A DNA stretch of 64,000 bases, from contig DATMYA010000023.1 of assembly GCA_035561135.1 (NCBI GenBank), positions 75,886 through 139,885 of the forward strand. Reading direction: 5' to 3'. Source of the stretch: Clostridia bacterium. Lineage in GTDB: Bacteria; Acidobacteriota; Terriglobia; Terriglobales; Acidobacteriaceae. Under the pieces are notes generated by a model, which had not been told where the DNA came from, made no database searches, and saw only the letters and a program-made list of their open reading frames with translations. Position numbers and translations under genes: made by a program. Below, piece by piece: positions 1-9,455 of this stretch (position 1 is the stretch's first letter; every line of letters starts with the position of its first letter).

Positions 1-276
1 CACGATCTCGCGCACGATGCTGCCCACCAGTTCACGCACTCCAGTGCGAGAGCTGCCGGCAGCGCCAATGCACGCATACTCTATTTGCGCCGGATCGACG
101 CCAGCGGCGCTACATGCGTCGCGTATGGCCGAGTGCAGATTGTTGCGAGCCTGGTCTGTGGGGCAGCGCGCGGCATTACAACCACCGGCGCTGGCCGTGC
201 CAAGAACGGTATCGCCGGATGCAACGGTTGCTGTGGTCTTCGTGCCTCCGCCGTCGATACCTAAAAAGATTGCCAT
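1..276 (-). CDS. BadF/BadG/BcrA/BcrD-type ATPase (N-acetylglucosamine-kinase-like), 5-prime part only; gene runs off the window
   Basis: Reverse complement from 276 reads MAIFLGIDGGGTKTTATVASGDTVLGTASAGG..., which carries the N-terminal DGGGTKT phosphate-binding motif of ASKHA sugar-kinase-like ATPases. The frame is open to the window edge, so it is absent from the ORF track. Confidence 0.6.
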   Translation of the reverse strand, partial: MAIFLGIDGGGTKTTATVASGDTVLGTASAGGCNAARCPTDQARNNLHSAIRDACSAAGVDPAQIEYACIGAAGSSRTGVRELVGSIVREIV

Positions 277-400
277 GGGTGGGCTCTGTTCTATCACAGA
301 CGCACAGGGCTGCGAACCCACAATTTGAGCAGCGCACATTGCGGTTTTCCCTGATAATGGCAGCGCCGCTAAAACCAACAGGGAGTATCGCCGGGACGGA

Positions 401-1981
401 ATGGGACTGAACACGCTCGACCTTGTGCTCATCGCGCTCTACCTGGTTGGAATCACACTATTTGGGCTGCACTTCCGAAAGTCGCAGCACTCCCTGCGCG
501 ACTACTTCCTTGCCGATCGCAACGTTCCCTGGTGGGCGATCGCGCTCTCCATCGTCGCGGCCGAAACCAGCACGCTCACCATCATCAGCATTCCCGGACT
601 CGCGTACGACACCAATCTTGCATTCCTGCAACTTGTGCTTGGATATCTGGTCGCGCGCGTCATTATCGTACTCATCTTTATCCCGCAATACTTTCGCGGG
701 GAAATGTTCACGGCATATCAGCTCATTGATCAGCGCTTTGGGCCGCGTCTGCGATCTCTGACCGCAGGGTTGTTCCTGTTGACGCGCGCTGCGGCGGAAG
801 GCGTTCGCGTCTTCGCAGTGTCGATCGTGGTAAGCATCGCGCTTGGGCCCATGCTGGCAAATTTTAGTGACATGCAGCGCGATGTAATCGCAATCGGTAT
901 CGTTACGCTGCTCACGCTGGTGTACACGTTCGAGGGCGGCATGACTGCCGTGATCTGGACGGACGTGGTGCAGATGGCAATCTACGTAGGCGGAACGATT
1001 GTCGGCTTCGTAACCATCCTGCACCTCGTGCCCGGAGGTTGGACGACGATAGCGACCGTGGCCGGGAGCGCCGGAAAGTTCAGTATCTTCGATTTCAGCT
1101 TCGATGTGACGCGCACGTATACGTTCTGGGCGGGATTGATTGGCGGAACATTCCTGACCACCGCAAGCCATGGGACAGATCAGTTGATGGTGCAACGCCT
1201 GCTCGCGGCGCGAAACGAACGGCAGTCAAAGGCGGCGCTGCTGGCAAGTGGCGTTTTCATCCTCTTCCAGTTCACATTGTTTCTGCTGGTCGGGGCGATG
1301 CTGTTCGTGTTCTACAAAAGCGTGTCTCCAATGGCGGCGTTCACGCGCTCTGACAGGATCTTTCCTACTTTTATCGTGCAGCAGATGCCACACGGCATTA
1401 GTGGATTGCTGATTGCCGCAATCCTGGCAGCGGCGATGAGCAACCTGAGTGCGGCGCTCAATTCCCTTTCCTCGACCTCCATGATCGACTTCTATTTACG
1501 GCGAAGACCGCAGACAAGCGATGCGCGAAGGATACTGCTCTCGCGTGTAGCGACAATTGTGTGGGGTCTTGTGCTGTTCGCGCTGGCCCTTCTTTCCCGG
1601 CACGGCGGGCGCGTTGTCGAGGTTGGACTCTCGATTGCCTCGGTTGCTTACGGCGCGCTGCTCGGCGTTTTCCTATTGGGAATCCTGACGAAGCGGGCAA
1701 GCGAAACGGGCGCCATGGTCGGCATGGCATGTGGATTCGCCGTGAACGTCTACGCATGGCTGGCGACGCTGCCGCCATGGTTCGTCGTCATGTCTACACG
1801 CATAACCGGCCACGCCCCGGCAGGGACTAAGCTTGCATGGACGTGGTATGTGCTGCTGGGGACGGCCGTAACGTTCGGCGTCGGATACATCGCGAGCTAC
1901 TTCTGCACCTCGAATAACCGGGGCCCACGAACAAGCAGGGCGCCAAAAGATAGTCAGGAATTGCGGAGGGTTGATGGTTAA
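401..1981 (+). CDS. sodium:solute symporter family (SSF) transporter
   Basis: 526-aa ORF, hydrophobic throughout with many predicted TM helices. SSF-like segments are present (GGMTAVIWTDVVQ, HGTDQLMVQRLLAA). The ATG at 401 follows GGACGGA. Confidence 0.8.
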   Translation: MGLNTLDLVLIALYLVGITLFGLHFRKSQHSLRDYFLADRNVPWWAIALSIVAAETSTLTIISIPGLAYDTNLAFLQLVLGYLVARVIIVLIFIPQYFRGEMFTAYQLIDQRFGPRLRSLTAGLFLLTRAAAEGVRVFAVSIVVSIALGPMLANFSDMQRDVIAIGIVTLLTLVYTFEGGMTAVIWTDVVQMAIYVGGTIVGFVTILHLVPGGWTTIATVAGSAGKFSIFDFSFDVTRTYTFWAGLIGGTFLTTASHGTDQLMVQRLLAARNERQSKAALLASGVFILFQFTLFLLVGAMLFVFYKSVSPMAAFTRSDRIFPTFIVQQMPHGISGLLIAAILAAAMSNLSAALNSLSSTSMIDFYLRRRPQTSDARRILLSRVATIVWGLVLFALALLSRHGGRVVEVGLSIASVAYGALLGVFLLGILTKRASETGAMVGMACGFAVNVYAWLATLPPWFVVMSTRITGHAPAGTKLAWTWYVLLGTAVTFGVGYIASYFCTSNNRGPRTSRAPKDSQELRRVDG

Positions 1982-3347
1982 GGCGGGCGTTGCCAAACGT
2001 GAACTGGTACGCGAACTCGGCGCGAGCCATGCTACGGCGATCGTGGTGGGCACCATCATCGGCAGCGGAATTTTCCTTGTTCCGGCGGAGATGATGCAAG
2101 CTGTAGGCTCGGCGAAAATGGTTTACCTGGCGTGGATCGTTGGAGGAGTCCTCTCACTTTTCGGTGCGCTGACATACGCAGAGTTGGGAGCGCTGAAACC
2201 GCAAGCCGGCGGCGAATACGTTTACGTGCGTGACGCCTACGGGCCGACGGCGGGATTCCTCTATGGCTGGGCGTGGTTCATGATCGGCAAGCCCGCTTCT
2301 ATTGCGAGCGTGACAGTTGCGATTGTGCGCGTGCTCGGCACTTTCAGTTCGCTGGCATTCCTGCAACAGAAGGCGTTCTCGATGGGCGTTGCGATCACAT
2401 GGGGGCAGTTGGTTGCCATGGCGGTCACGGTGCTCATCTCCGCGCTGAACTATGTTGGCGTCCGGCGCGCCGGTAATTTCCAGGTCGTCTTCACGCTTTT
2501 GAAGATCGTGATGATCGTCGTGATCGCGGGGATCGGGTTTTCGTGGGCGGGGGGAAGTTGGTCGAACTTCACTACCAGTTACCCGGCTGCACGCGGCGGA
2601 ATCGCGGGCTTCGTCGCAGCGCTCGTGGCAGCGCTTTGGGCATACGACGGGTGGAACGATCTCTCGATGGTGGCAGGCGAGGTGAGCCACCCGGAGCGCA
2701 ACATTCCGCTAGGGCTTATCGGCGGAGTCGGCATCGTGGCCGCACTCTACATGCTGATGAATGCCGCAGTGCAATACGTCATGCCGGCATCGACGATGGC
2801 CGCCTCGCAGCAGGTGGCATCGCAGGCGACGGCTATGGCGATTGGAGTGGCGGGCGCGGCAATCGTTTCTGTCGGCATGGCGCTCTCCATGGTGGTAACG
2901 CTGAACGGGACGGTCATGAGCGGAGCGCGAATTCCTTTCGCCATGGCGCGGGATGGATACTTCTTCCAGAGTCTGGCGGACGTTCATCCCCGCTTCCACA
3001 CTCCCTCGGTTGCGATCATCGTGCAGGCGGTGCTCGCGATTATTTTGCTGGCATTCGCCGGCACGTTCAGGGAACTGTTCTCGCTGGCAATCTTCTCAGA
3101 GTGGCTGTTCTACATGCTGGCGGCGAGCACGGTCTTCGTGTTTCGCAGGCGCGAACCGCATGCAAAGCGCGCGTACAAGACATGGGGCTATCCAGCGGTT
3201 CCCGCGCTGTTCATCGCAGCATCGGCAATTCTGCTCTACTACACCTTTGTGGAAAATCTGCGAAATTCACTGATCGGAACGCTGGTGATACTGGCGGGCA
3301 TCCCCGTGTTCTGGTGGTTCAGGAGCAAGCGCGTAGCGAGCGCCTAG
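1974..3347 (+). CDS. APC-superfamily amino acid permease
   Basis: The track start at 1971 is TTG. The ATG at 1974 is preceded by GGAGGG and overlaps the upstream stop. The protein is polytopic with APC-type motifs (GSGIFLVPAEM, GGEYVYVRDAYG). Confidence 0.8.
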   Translation: MVKAGVAKRELVRELGASHATAIVVGTIIGSGIFLVPAEMMQAVGSAKMVYLAWIVGGVLSLFGALTYAELGALKPQAGGEYVYVRDAYGPTAGFLYGWAWFMIGKPASIASVTVAIVRVLGTFSSLAFLQQKAFSMGVAITWGQLVAMAVTVLISALNYVGVRRAGNFQVVFTLLKIVMIVVIAGIGFSWAGGSWSNFTTSYPAARGGIAGFVAALVAALWAYDGWNDLSMVAGEVSHPERNIPLGLIGGVGIVAALYMLMNAAVQYVMPASTMAASQQVASQATAMAIGVAGAAIVSVGMALSMVVTLNGTVMSGARIPFAMARDGYFFQSLADVHPRFHTPSVAIIVQAVLAIILLAFAGTFRELFSLAIFSEWLFYMLAASTVFVFRRREPHAKRAYKTWGYPAVPALFIAASAILLYYTFVENLRNSLIGTLVILAGIPVFWWFRSKRVASA

Positions 3348-3369
3348 TACGAAGCGACTCTGTGGGCGG

Positions 3370-4854
3370 CTACCTGGCTCCGCTCACGAGTGGCATAGGT
3401 TGCGGTGCGCTGATGGGTCCCCGCAGCCCTTTCACGCGCTCGTACACCTTGACGTATTCCTTCGCCGAGGTCTTCCACGAAAAATCGCGAGCCATACCGT
3501 TGCGCATCAGGGTGTGCCAGACGGCGCTGTCAGTGTATGCGGCTATTGCAGTCTTGACGGTATCGAGGAGCGCTTCGCCGCTGTACTCCGAGAACTTGAA
3601 ACCAGTTCCCTTGCGTCCATCCCACGGCTCAATCGTGTCATCGAGCCCACCCGTGGCGCGCACAACGGGTACTGTTCCGTACTTCAGGCTATAGATCTGG
3701 TTTAGACCGCAAGGTTCATAGCGTGAGGGCATAAGAAACATGTCCGCACCGGCCTCAATCTTGTGCGCGAGGACATTGTTATACGCGATCTTGATGGCGA
3801 ACTTCTGTGGATATTGCCGGTTGAGGCGGCGGAAGAGGTCTTCGTATTCCTTATCGCCGGTGCCGAGTGCAACGACCAGCAGGTCTTCACGCATGAGGCG
3901 GTCGGCCACCTGCGCGATCAGGTCAAATCCCTTCTGGGCGGCGAAGCGCGAGATGATGCCGATGACAGGCAGAGTAGAAGCAGGATTGAGTCCGAACTCG
4001 CGCAGAAGGTCCTGCTTGCAACGCGCTTTTCCAGACAGGTCGCTGGCTGAGTAGTTTTCTGCGATGAACTTGTCCGCCTCTGGACTCCACTCCTCATAAT
4101 CCACGCCGTTCAGAATTCCCGCGACCGAACCGGAACGGCTACGCAAGACTCCCTCCAGTCCGAAACCATATTCTGCGGTTTGAATCTCCTGCGCATATTT
4201 GCGGCTGACGGTGGTGATGAAATCACTGTAAGTGAGCGCGCCTTTGAGGAAGTTCACCTTGCCGTAGAATTCCAGCTTGGTAATGGTGAACAGGTCCCAG
4301 GGGAGCAGCAGTAAAGGCAGGATGTCCGGTGGGAAGAGTCCCTGGTATCCGATGTTGTGAATAGTGAAGACTGTTGGCACGCCGTGGAACGCAGGATCGT
4401 CCGCATAGAGCGTGCGCAGCAGTACGGGAAGCATCGCCGACTGCCAGTCGTGGCAGTGAAAGAGATCGGGGACGCCTAGTATCTTGGTCGCTTCCAGCAC
4501 GGCGCGGCAGAAGAGATAGAAACGTTCGGCGTTATCGTGGTAGTCGCCAAGCGATGTGCCGTAGAGCGTGTCACGGTCGAAGAATGGCGGGTAGTCTATG
4601 AAATAGAATTGCACACCGGCATGAACGCCACCGTCCACGACGGAACAGAATCGGTACTGGTCGTCGAATGGAACGGTTATGCTGGGGATGACGGTCCTGG
4701 GATTTTCAAGCCGCGTCTGCCTGTATTTGGGTACAAAGACTGTAACCTTGTGTCCGATCGAGGCAAGTGCGCGTGGCAGTGCGCCGACGACATCCGCCAG
4801 GCCGCCCGTCTTCGAGAACGGCACGCATTCGGATGCCGCAAAAGCAATATGCAT
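3370..4854 (-). CDS. glgA: glycogen (starch) synthase
   Basis: MHIAFAASECVPFSKTGGLADVVGALPRALA is the canonical GlgA N-terminus with the KTGGL motif. The ATG at 4854 is preceded by GGAGG. The track start at 4875 adds 7 residues. Confidence 0.9.
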   Translation of the reverse strand: MHIAFAASECVPFSKTGGLADVVGALPRALASIGHKVTVFVPKYRQTRLENPRTVIPSITVPFDDQYRFCSVVDGGVHAGVQFYFIDYPPFFDRDTLYGTSLGDYHDNAERFYLFCRAVLEATKILGVPDLFHCHDWQSAMLPVLLRTLYADDPAFHGVPTVFTIHNIGYQGLFPPDILPLLLLPWDLFTITKLEFYGKVNFLKGALTYSDFITTVSRKYAQEIQTAEYGFGLEGVLRSRSGSVAGILNGVDYEEWSPEADKFIAENYSASDLSGKARCKQDLLREFGLNPASTLPVIGIISRFAAQKGFDLIAQVADRLMREDLLVVALGTGDKEYEDLFRRLNRQYPQKFAIKIAYNNVLAHKIEAGADMFLMPSRYEPCGLNQIYSLKYGTVPVVRATGGLDDTIEPWDGRKGTGFKFSEYSGEALLDTVKTAIAAYTDSAVWHTLMRNGMARDFSWKTSAKEYVKVYERVKGLRGPISAPQPMPLVSGAR

Positions 4855-4904
4855 GGAGACCTCCAGCGGATCCACGCGCCCTGGAGACTATAAGCGAGCG
4901 CGGG

Positions 4905-5888
4905 ATGGTAGAACAAATCCTTTCCCGCAGTGCGGCGGGACGGGATCAGATGCCGTTAGATGCTTTCGACGTCATCATGAAGCGGTCCAACGAGTGCGAG
5001 TCTAAAGCTACGACCAAGAGGTGGTCAAACGTGCAGAAAGCTACGGCGACCCTGAGTCGCAAACCGAAGCTGGGGCAAAACTTCCTCACCGATATCGGCG
5101 CGATCCACAAGATCGTTGACGCACTCGGCGACGTATCGCAAAAGATGGTGGTTGAGATAGGGCCCGGACGCGGAGCACTGACGGACGTGCTGGCCAATCG
5201 TGCGGCGCGGCTGGTCGCGGTGGAACTCGACCGCGTTCTCTCCGCACAATTGCGCATGAAGTATGCCACACGCCCGAACGTTGAGGTGATTGAAGCCGAT
5301 GTGCTGACGGTTGACTTCCACACCATGCTTGGAAAAAGGCCGGGGCCGCTGCGCGACCTGCGTCCGACGGCCCAGGAAAAGGTGCGCGTGGTCGGCAATC
5401 TTCCCTACTACATCACTTCTGACATCCTGCTGGCGCTCTTCGCTGCAAGTGACGTAATCGAAAGCATCGTCGTGATGTTGCAACTGGAAGTGGCAGATAG
5501 GATTGCGGCGAAACCAGGAAGCAGCGAGTACGGACTGCTCTCGGCAACGGCGCAGCTCTACACAAAGGTGGAAAAGCTATTCACGCTGCCGCCCGAGGCT
5601 TTCCAGCCGCCACCGAAAGTACACTCGGCTGTGTTGCGGCTGACGGTCGCGCCGCGAATCCAAGAGCTGGGTGTAGACGAGAAGAAGTTCGTCGAATTCC
5701 TGAAGCTCACATTCGCGCAGAAGCGCAAGACGCTGTTTAACAATCTGCGAGACCGCTACGAGGGCGCGGCGGTTAAACGGGCGATGGCGGACGCGGGATT
5801 GAAGTCAGACGTGCGAGCGGAAGCAATCAATCTCGACAAGGCCGCCAAACTCTTCCACTTACTGGAGGCGGCGACGCAAGCGCACTAG
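4905..5888 (+). CDS. rsmA: 16S rRNA (adenine1518/1519-N6)-dimethyltransferase
   Basis: Contains KLGQNFLTD, VVEIGPGRGALT and VVGNLPYYITS, the KsgA/RsmA motifs. The start is uncertain (ATGs at 4905, 4950, 4977). The track start at 4767 would overlap glgA. Confidence 0.85.
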   Translation: MVEQILSRSAAGRDQMPLDAFDVIMKRSNECESKATTKRWSNVQKATATLSRKPKLGQNFLTDIGAIHKIVDALGDVSQKMVVEIGPGRGALTDVLANRAARLVAVELDRVLSAQLRMKYATRPNVEVIEADVLTVDFHTMLGKRPGPLRDLRPTAQEKVRVVGNLPYYITSDILLALFAASDVIESIVVMLQLEVADRIAAKPGSSEYGLLSATAQLYTKVEKLFTLPPEAFQPPPKVHSAVLRLTVAPRIQELGVDEKKFVEFLKLTFAQKRKTLFNNLRDRYEGAAVKRAMADAGLKSDVRAEAINLDKAAKLFHLLEAATQAH

Positions 5889-5950
5889 AGCGGTCTTCAA
5901 GCAGGCGAGTGCTCGGATTCGGCGGGAGGCCGCTGGAAGCGGAGGTTGCG

Positions 5951-6766
5951 ATGAACTCGACGATTCGACAGCCGGCAGTTGCCGGACAGTTCTATCCTGG
6001 AAAATCCGAGACGCTGCTGAGAGACATTGGGCAATACGCCGAGGCGGTTCCGGGCGAACAAATAAGTGCGCTTGGATGCGTAGTGCCACATGCGGGTTAC
6101 ATGTACTCCGGACACGTTGCTGGCGCGGTTTACGCCAAACTGGCGTTGCCGAAGCGCTACATCATTCTCTGCCCGAATCACACCGGGAAGGGACGTCCGC
6201 TGGCGATCATGAGCGAGGGCGCATGGCGGACGCCGCTGGGCGATGCGCGGATTGATGCGGAGCTGTCCGCTCAATTGAAATCCGCCGCGCCGTTGCTTTC
6301 GGAAGATGCGGTTGCACATAGCACGGAACATGCGCTCGAGGTGCAGATTCCATTCCTGCAGACGTTGACCCTAGACTTTTCCTTTGTGCCGGTCGCAGTT
6401 GGCGTCGGGGACTTCGATGTGCTGAGCACATTAGGTGAGGCCATTGCACAGGTGGTGAGCCGGGCAGAAGGGCCGGTGCTCGTCATCGCTTCCAGCGACA
6501 TGAACCATTACGAAAGCGATGCGGTGACACGGGCGAAAGACGCAAAGGCAATTGAGCGTATTCTCGCGCTGGATGCTCGCGGGCTGCACGAGGTCGTGCG
6601 GCGCGAGAATATCACCATGTGTGGATATGGTCCGGCTGTGGCAATGCTGACGGCAGCAGTGCGGCTTGGGGCAAAATCAGCGGAGCTGATACGGTATGCA
6701 ACTTCCGGCGATGTATCCGGCGACCGGAATTGGGTCGTGGGGTACGCAGGAATTGCAATCGCGTAA
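5951..6766 (+). CDS. Memo-like protein (AmmeMemoRadiSam system protein B family)
   Basis: Contains AGQFYPG...VVPHAGYMYSG...EHALEVQIPFLQ...SSDMNHY, a Memo/AmmeMemoRadiSam-B-like pattern. The ATG at 5951 is preceded by GGAGG. Confidence 0.75.
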   Translation: MNSTIRQPAVAGQFYPGKSETLLRDIGQYAEAVPGEQISALGCVVPHAGYMYSGHVAGAVYAKLALPKRYIILCPNHTGKGRPLAIMSEGAWRTPLGDARIDAELSAQLKSAAPLLSEDAVAHSTEHALEVQIPFLQTLTLDFSFVPVAVGVGDFDVLSTLGEAIAQVVSRAEGPVLVIASSDMNHYESDAVTRAKDAKAIERILALDARGLHEVVRRENITMCGYGPAVAMLTAAVRLGAKSAELIRYATSGDVSGDRNWVVGYAGIAIA

Positions 6767-6795
6767 GGCGGCCATTAAGTATTAGTTTGGCAATC

Positions 6796-6824
6796 AAAAA
6801 GGGCGGTCACGGCCGCCCTTTCTG
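6796..6824. terminator. bidirectional intrinsic terminator between convergent genes
   Basis: AAAAAGGGCGG-tcacgg-CCGCCCTTTCT is a GC stem flanked by an A-run and a T-run. It lies between the stops at 6766 (+) and 6840 (-). Confidence 0.7.
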
Positions 6825-6839
6825 TAGTCTAAAAGCAGG

Positions 6840-8531
6840 TTAACGCGAACCGCGCCTGCCTCCGCCCTGTGCCGGAGAAGACCGCTCGGTGCGCATCATC
6901 GCTGGAGCCCGATCGATGCTTCGCTCAATGCCGCGTTCCATGCGCATTGGCCGCTCACTAGGTGCAGCCATTCGACTTGGAATGGAGCGCTGCGGTGCAG
7001 CCGAGGGCGGCGCAGACATGCGAGGCGGAGCCGACTGCTGCGGTGCCGGATTCGCTCCACGGCCTCTCACTGTTCGTTCGCTCGGTTCATAGTTCCCGCG
7101 TCCGTTTTCGGGTCGCGACGATTCTATCGTCCGACGTGGCCCGTCCTGCACAGGCGGGACACCTGCGTTGGCTGGAGAATCCGTTGCTATCGGCGTCTCT
7201 GGAGTGCGCATCACTCTCGGCGACGCGGGCGAACGGAGGCCTGGTAGCGCGGATTCCCGGTTCGCGCCGTCCACGCCGGGATGCCGTTCAGTCGAATCCC
7301 GTCGCAATGCCGGCTCTGTTCCTCGATTTGTGCGGCGAACATCCACGCCACGCATCGGACGATCTCCAATGCGCCTGTCCTCTGCATTGCCCCTATTGCG
7401 GAAGTGATCATTCTCTGGCCGGTTGCGTGGGACGGGACGCGCATGCCCTCCACCGGGACCAAGCGGGCTGTTGAAAGCACCTCTGCCCAGGATCACTGTG
7501 GGACCGTGATCTCTGTGCGGCGGACGAGGTGGCAAGAAACTGGACGGCCAATGCCTTGCGACCGGCACGGGATTCCACGCGTAGTTGTATCTGCGCGCCG
7601 GACTCCAGCACCATCCATAGCCACCGACGTGAACCCACTGGCCATACCGGTAAGGCGTCCAGCCCCACGGATAGGTGGAGACAAAGACCCAACCCTGACT
7701 CGGATACCACGCCCACGCGCCGTTATCGAAAGGATCCCAGCCAATGCCAAAGGACGACGGACGCCACATCCAGCCGTAGCCTGGAATGTTGTAGTAGCGG
7801 CCGTAGTACGAGAGATCGGCCATGCCGTAGGAAAATGGCGCGCCGTAGTAGCTGTTTGCATAACGGTACGACTGGTCGGATTTCGCGTAACGGTCCCGAT
7901 AGTCAAGGCGCTCGCGATCCCAACTGTCTTCGCTCTCGACGTCGATTCCCCGGGCAACATAGTAACGAGCATCCTCAACGGGATCGAGCCTGACTGTCTC
8001 ATTCTTTTTCACGACGACGCGCTCGTTGCGGCCCTGGAGGTCTAATTCACCCTTGAAGACCGCAACTCTGGAGCCCGTTTCGGAGGCGTCAAGACGGAAG
8101 TGCGCGGAGTTATTGACGGAGATGGTCTGGCGAGAGAACCAGATTCGGAAGTCGTCATCTCTCTTGTGCTTGATATCGAAGTAGAAGAGACCATTATCGA
8201 CATCCACGAGCGTTGTCTTGTCGCCGCGGTCGGAGAGAGACAACTGGCGGAACACAATGCTCGCGGTTCCGGACACCCGCAACGTGCTGCCGTTCTCGAA
8301 TTCAACCTCGGCACGTCCGTCCTCCCCAACTTCGATCCGGGTATCCTGCGTGACCGGCATGTTAAGGATGGCGCGCTCAATGCCCTGCCCCGTGGCGCGG
8401 TCGATATTTACCGTGCCATCGACGTAGCTGAGCCGCACAATGCGAGCATTGGACGTGAAGGCCGGAATCGCAAGTAGAACGCACATCCCGGCTATTAGCG
8501 CGCACAGAGCCGAAACTCTGCGAATGAACAT
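6840..8531 (-). CDS. FecR-domain protein with an aromatic (Y/W/G)-rich repeat region and a long Arg/Pro-rich C-terminal tail
   Basis: N-terminal signal/TM segment (MFIRRVSALCALIAGMCVLLAIPAF). FecR-like beta region (RIVRLSYVDGTVNID...GRAEVEFENGSTLRV). Then YGWMWRPSSFGIGWDPFDNGAWAWYPSQGWVF..., followed by about 240 aa of low-complexity R/P/S. The ATG at 8531 is preceded by GGGAG. Confidence 0.7.
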   Translation of the reverse strand: MFIRRVSALCALIAGMCVLLAIPAFTSNARIVRLSYVDGTVNIDRATGQGIERAILNMPVTQDTRIEVGEDGRAEVEFENGSTLRVSGTASIVFRQLSLSDRGDKTTLVDVDNGLFYFDIKHKRDDDFRIWFSRQTISVNNSAHFRLDASETGSRVAVFKGELDLQGRNERVVVKKNETVRLDPVEDARYYVARGIDVESEDSWDRERLDYRDRYAKSDQSYRYANSYYGAPFSYGMADLSYYGRYYNIPGYGWMWRPSSFGIGWDPFDNGAWAWYPSQGWVFVSTYPWGWTPYRYGQWVHVGGYGWCWSPARRYNYAWNPVPVARHWPSSFLPPRPPHRDHGPTVILGRGAFNSPLGPGGGHARPVPRNRPENDHFRNRGNAEDRRIGDRPMRGVDVRRTNRGTEPALRRDSTERHPGVDGANRESALPGLRSPASPRVMRTPETPIATDSPANAGVPPVQDGPRRTIESSRPENGRGNYEPSERTVRGRGANPAPQQSAPPRMSAPPSAAPQRSIPSRMAAPSERPMRMERGIERSIDRAPAMMRTERSSPAQGGGRRGSR

Positions 8532-8675
8532 AGGATGGCTCCCTTCTGTATTACCTTCCCTCAATACCTAAGAACACGCGATTGTAGCTCAATGTTGCGC
8601 TCAAATACCTAATGTCCAGGAATTCAGGGTTCGTGCAAATGATTCAATATCCGCGAGCTGCGGGGATGTCCAAAA

Positions 8676-9389
8676 CTATTTTCCGTTCTCCTGCCCCAAT
8701 CCGTTTCCCTGTTCAAGGATGCGCAGTGCGCGCTGGCGGGTGATATTCATGACCGAACGGTCATTCGCGATCTGCCGGAGTGTGGGCTCAACCACCTGGA
8801 TTTCAGCAAGTCCGTTGCGCTTGGAAACTTCTTCCATGGCCTTCAAGTCGGCATCGAGACCAATCTTGTCGAAACGCATGGTGAACCTTATTCGGCGTCC
8901 GAATTCCATGGTCGTAGAAATGCGCTGAAAAAGTGAGGTGAGCTCCATAAGTTGTTGATTTTGCGACCAGTTGTAAGTGGTTTGCGTCGTGCGATCGCCT
9001 TCCTGGTAGCGCAGCGTCTTCGCGCCAGTGTTGGCGATGTTGCCCGTCTTGAACGCGAAGTCTCCCTGGAAGTAATTGAGCGCCTTGGCAAAGCTGAATA
9101 TTTGGGTGCGAGTTCCCTCTGAAGCCGTGAATTTAACGATGTAAGGATCGCCAGGGATTTCATTCGGCACCTGGCGAGGTTGTGACTGATACGAAGCGCG
9201 TCCGGTGGAGTCGACCGAGATGCGATACCAGCGGGGGTCGGCTTCGCGCCAGTTCAACTCAAACGTAACGGTTGGAACTGGCGCATTCGTGCGGTCGGGT
9301 TCCGTCTGGGGGACTTGTGAGAACCCAAGCGTTGCGCAGAGAAGCAGAGCGAAAGTGAAGTTGCGCAACATCCTTGCAGTCGTTCTCAT
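8676..9389 (-). CDS. hypothetical secreted protein
   Basis: 237-aa ORF with a signal peptide (MRTTARMLRNFTFALLLCATLGFSQ). GGAGGAG lies upstream of the ATG at 9389. I recognise no family. Confidence 0.6.
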   Translation of the reverse strand: MRTTARMLRNFTFALLLCATLGFSQVPQTEPDRTNAPVPTVTFELNWREADPRWYRISVDSTGRASYQSQPRQVPNEIPGDPYIVKFTASEGTRTQIFSFAKALNYFQGDFAFKTGNIANTGAKTLRYQEGDRTTQTTYNWSQNQQLMELTSLFQRISTTMEFGRRIRFTMRFDKIGLDADLKAMEEVSKRNGLAEIQVVEPTLRQIANDRSVMNITRQRALRILEQGNGLGQENGK

Positions 9390-9455
9390 CGTAATCGCTC
9401 CTCCCGGAGGATGAACGGAACATAGGAAACAGATGCTCGAATCACGTATCGTGCA

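Noticed and set aside
2543-3694. A 383-aa plus-strand ORF bridging the end of the APC permease gene and the 3-prime end of glgA.
   Set aside because: It is an out-of-frame overlap with two well-supported genes. The translation is Arg/Gly/Ala-rich with no motifs.
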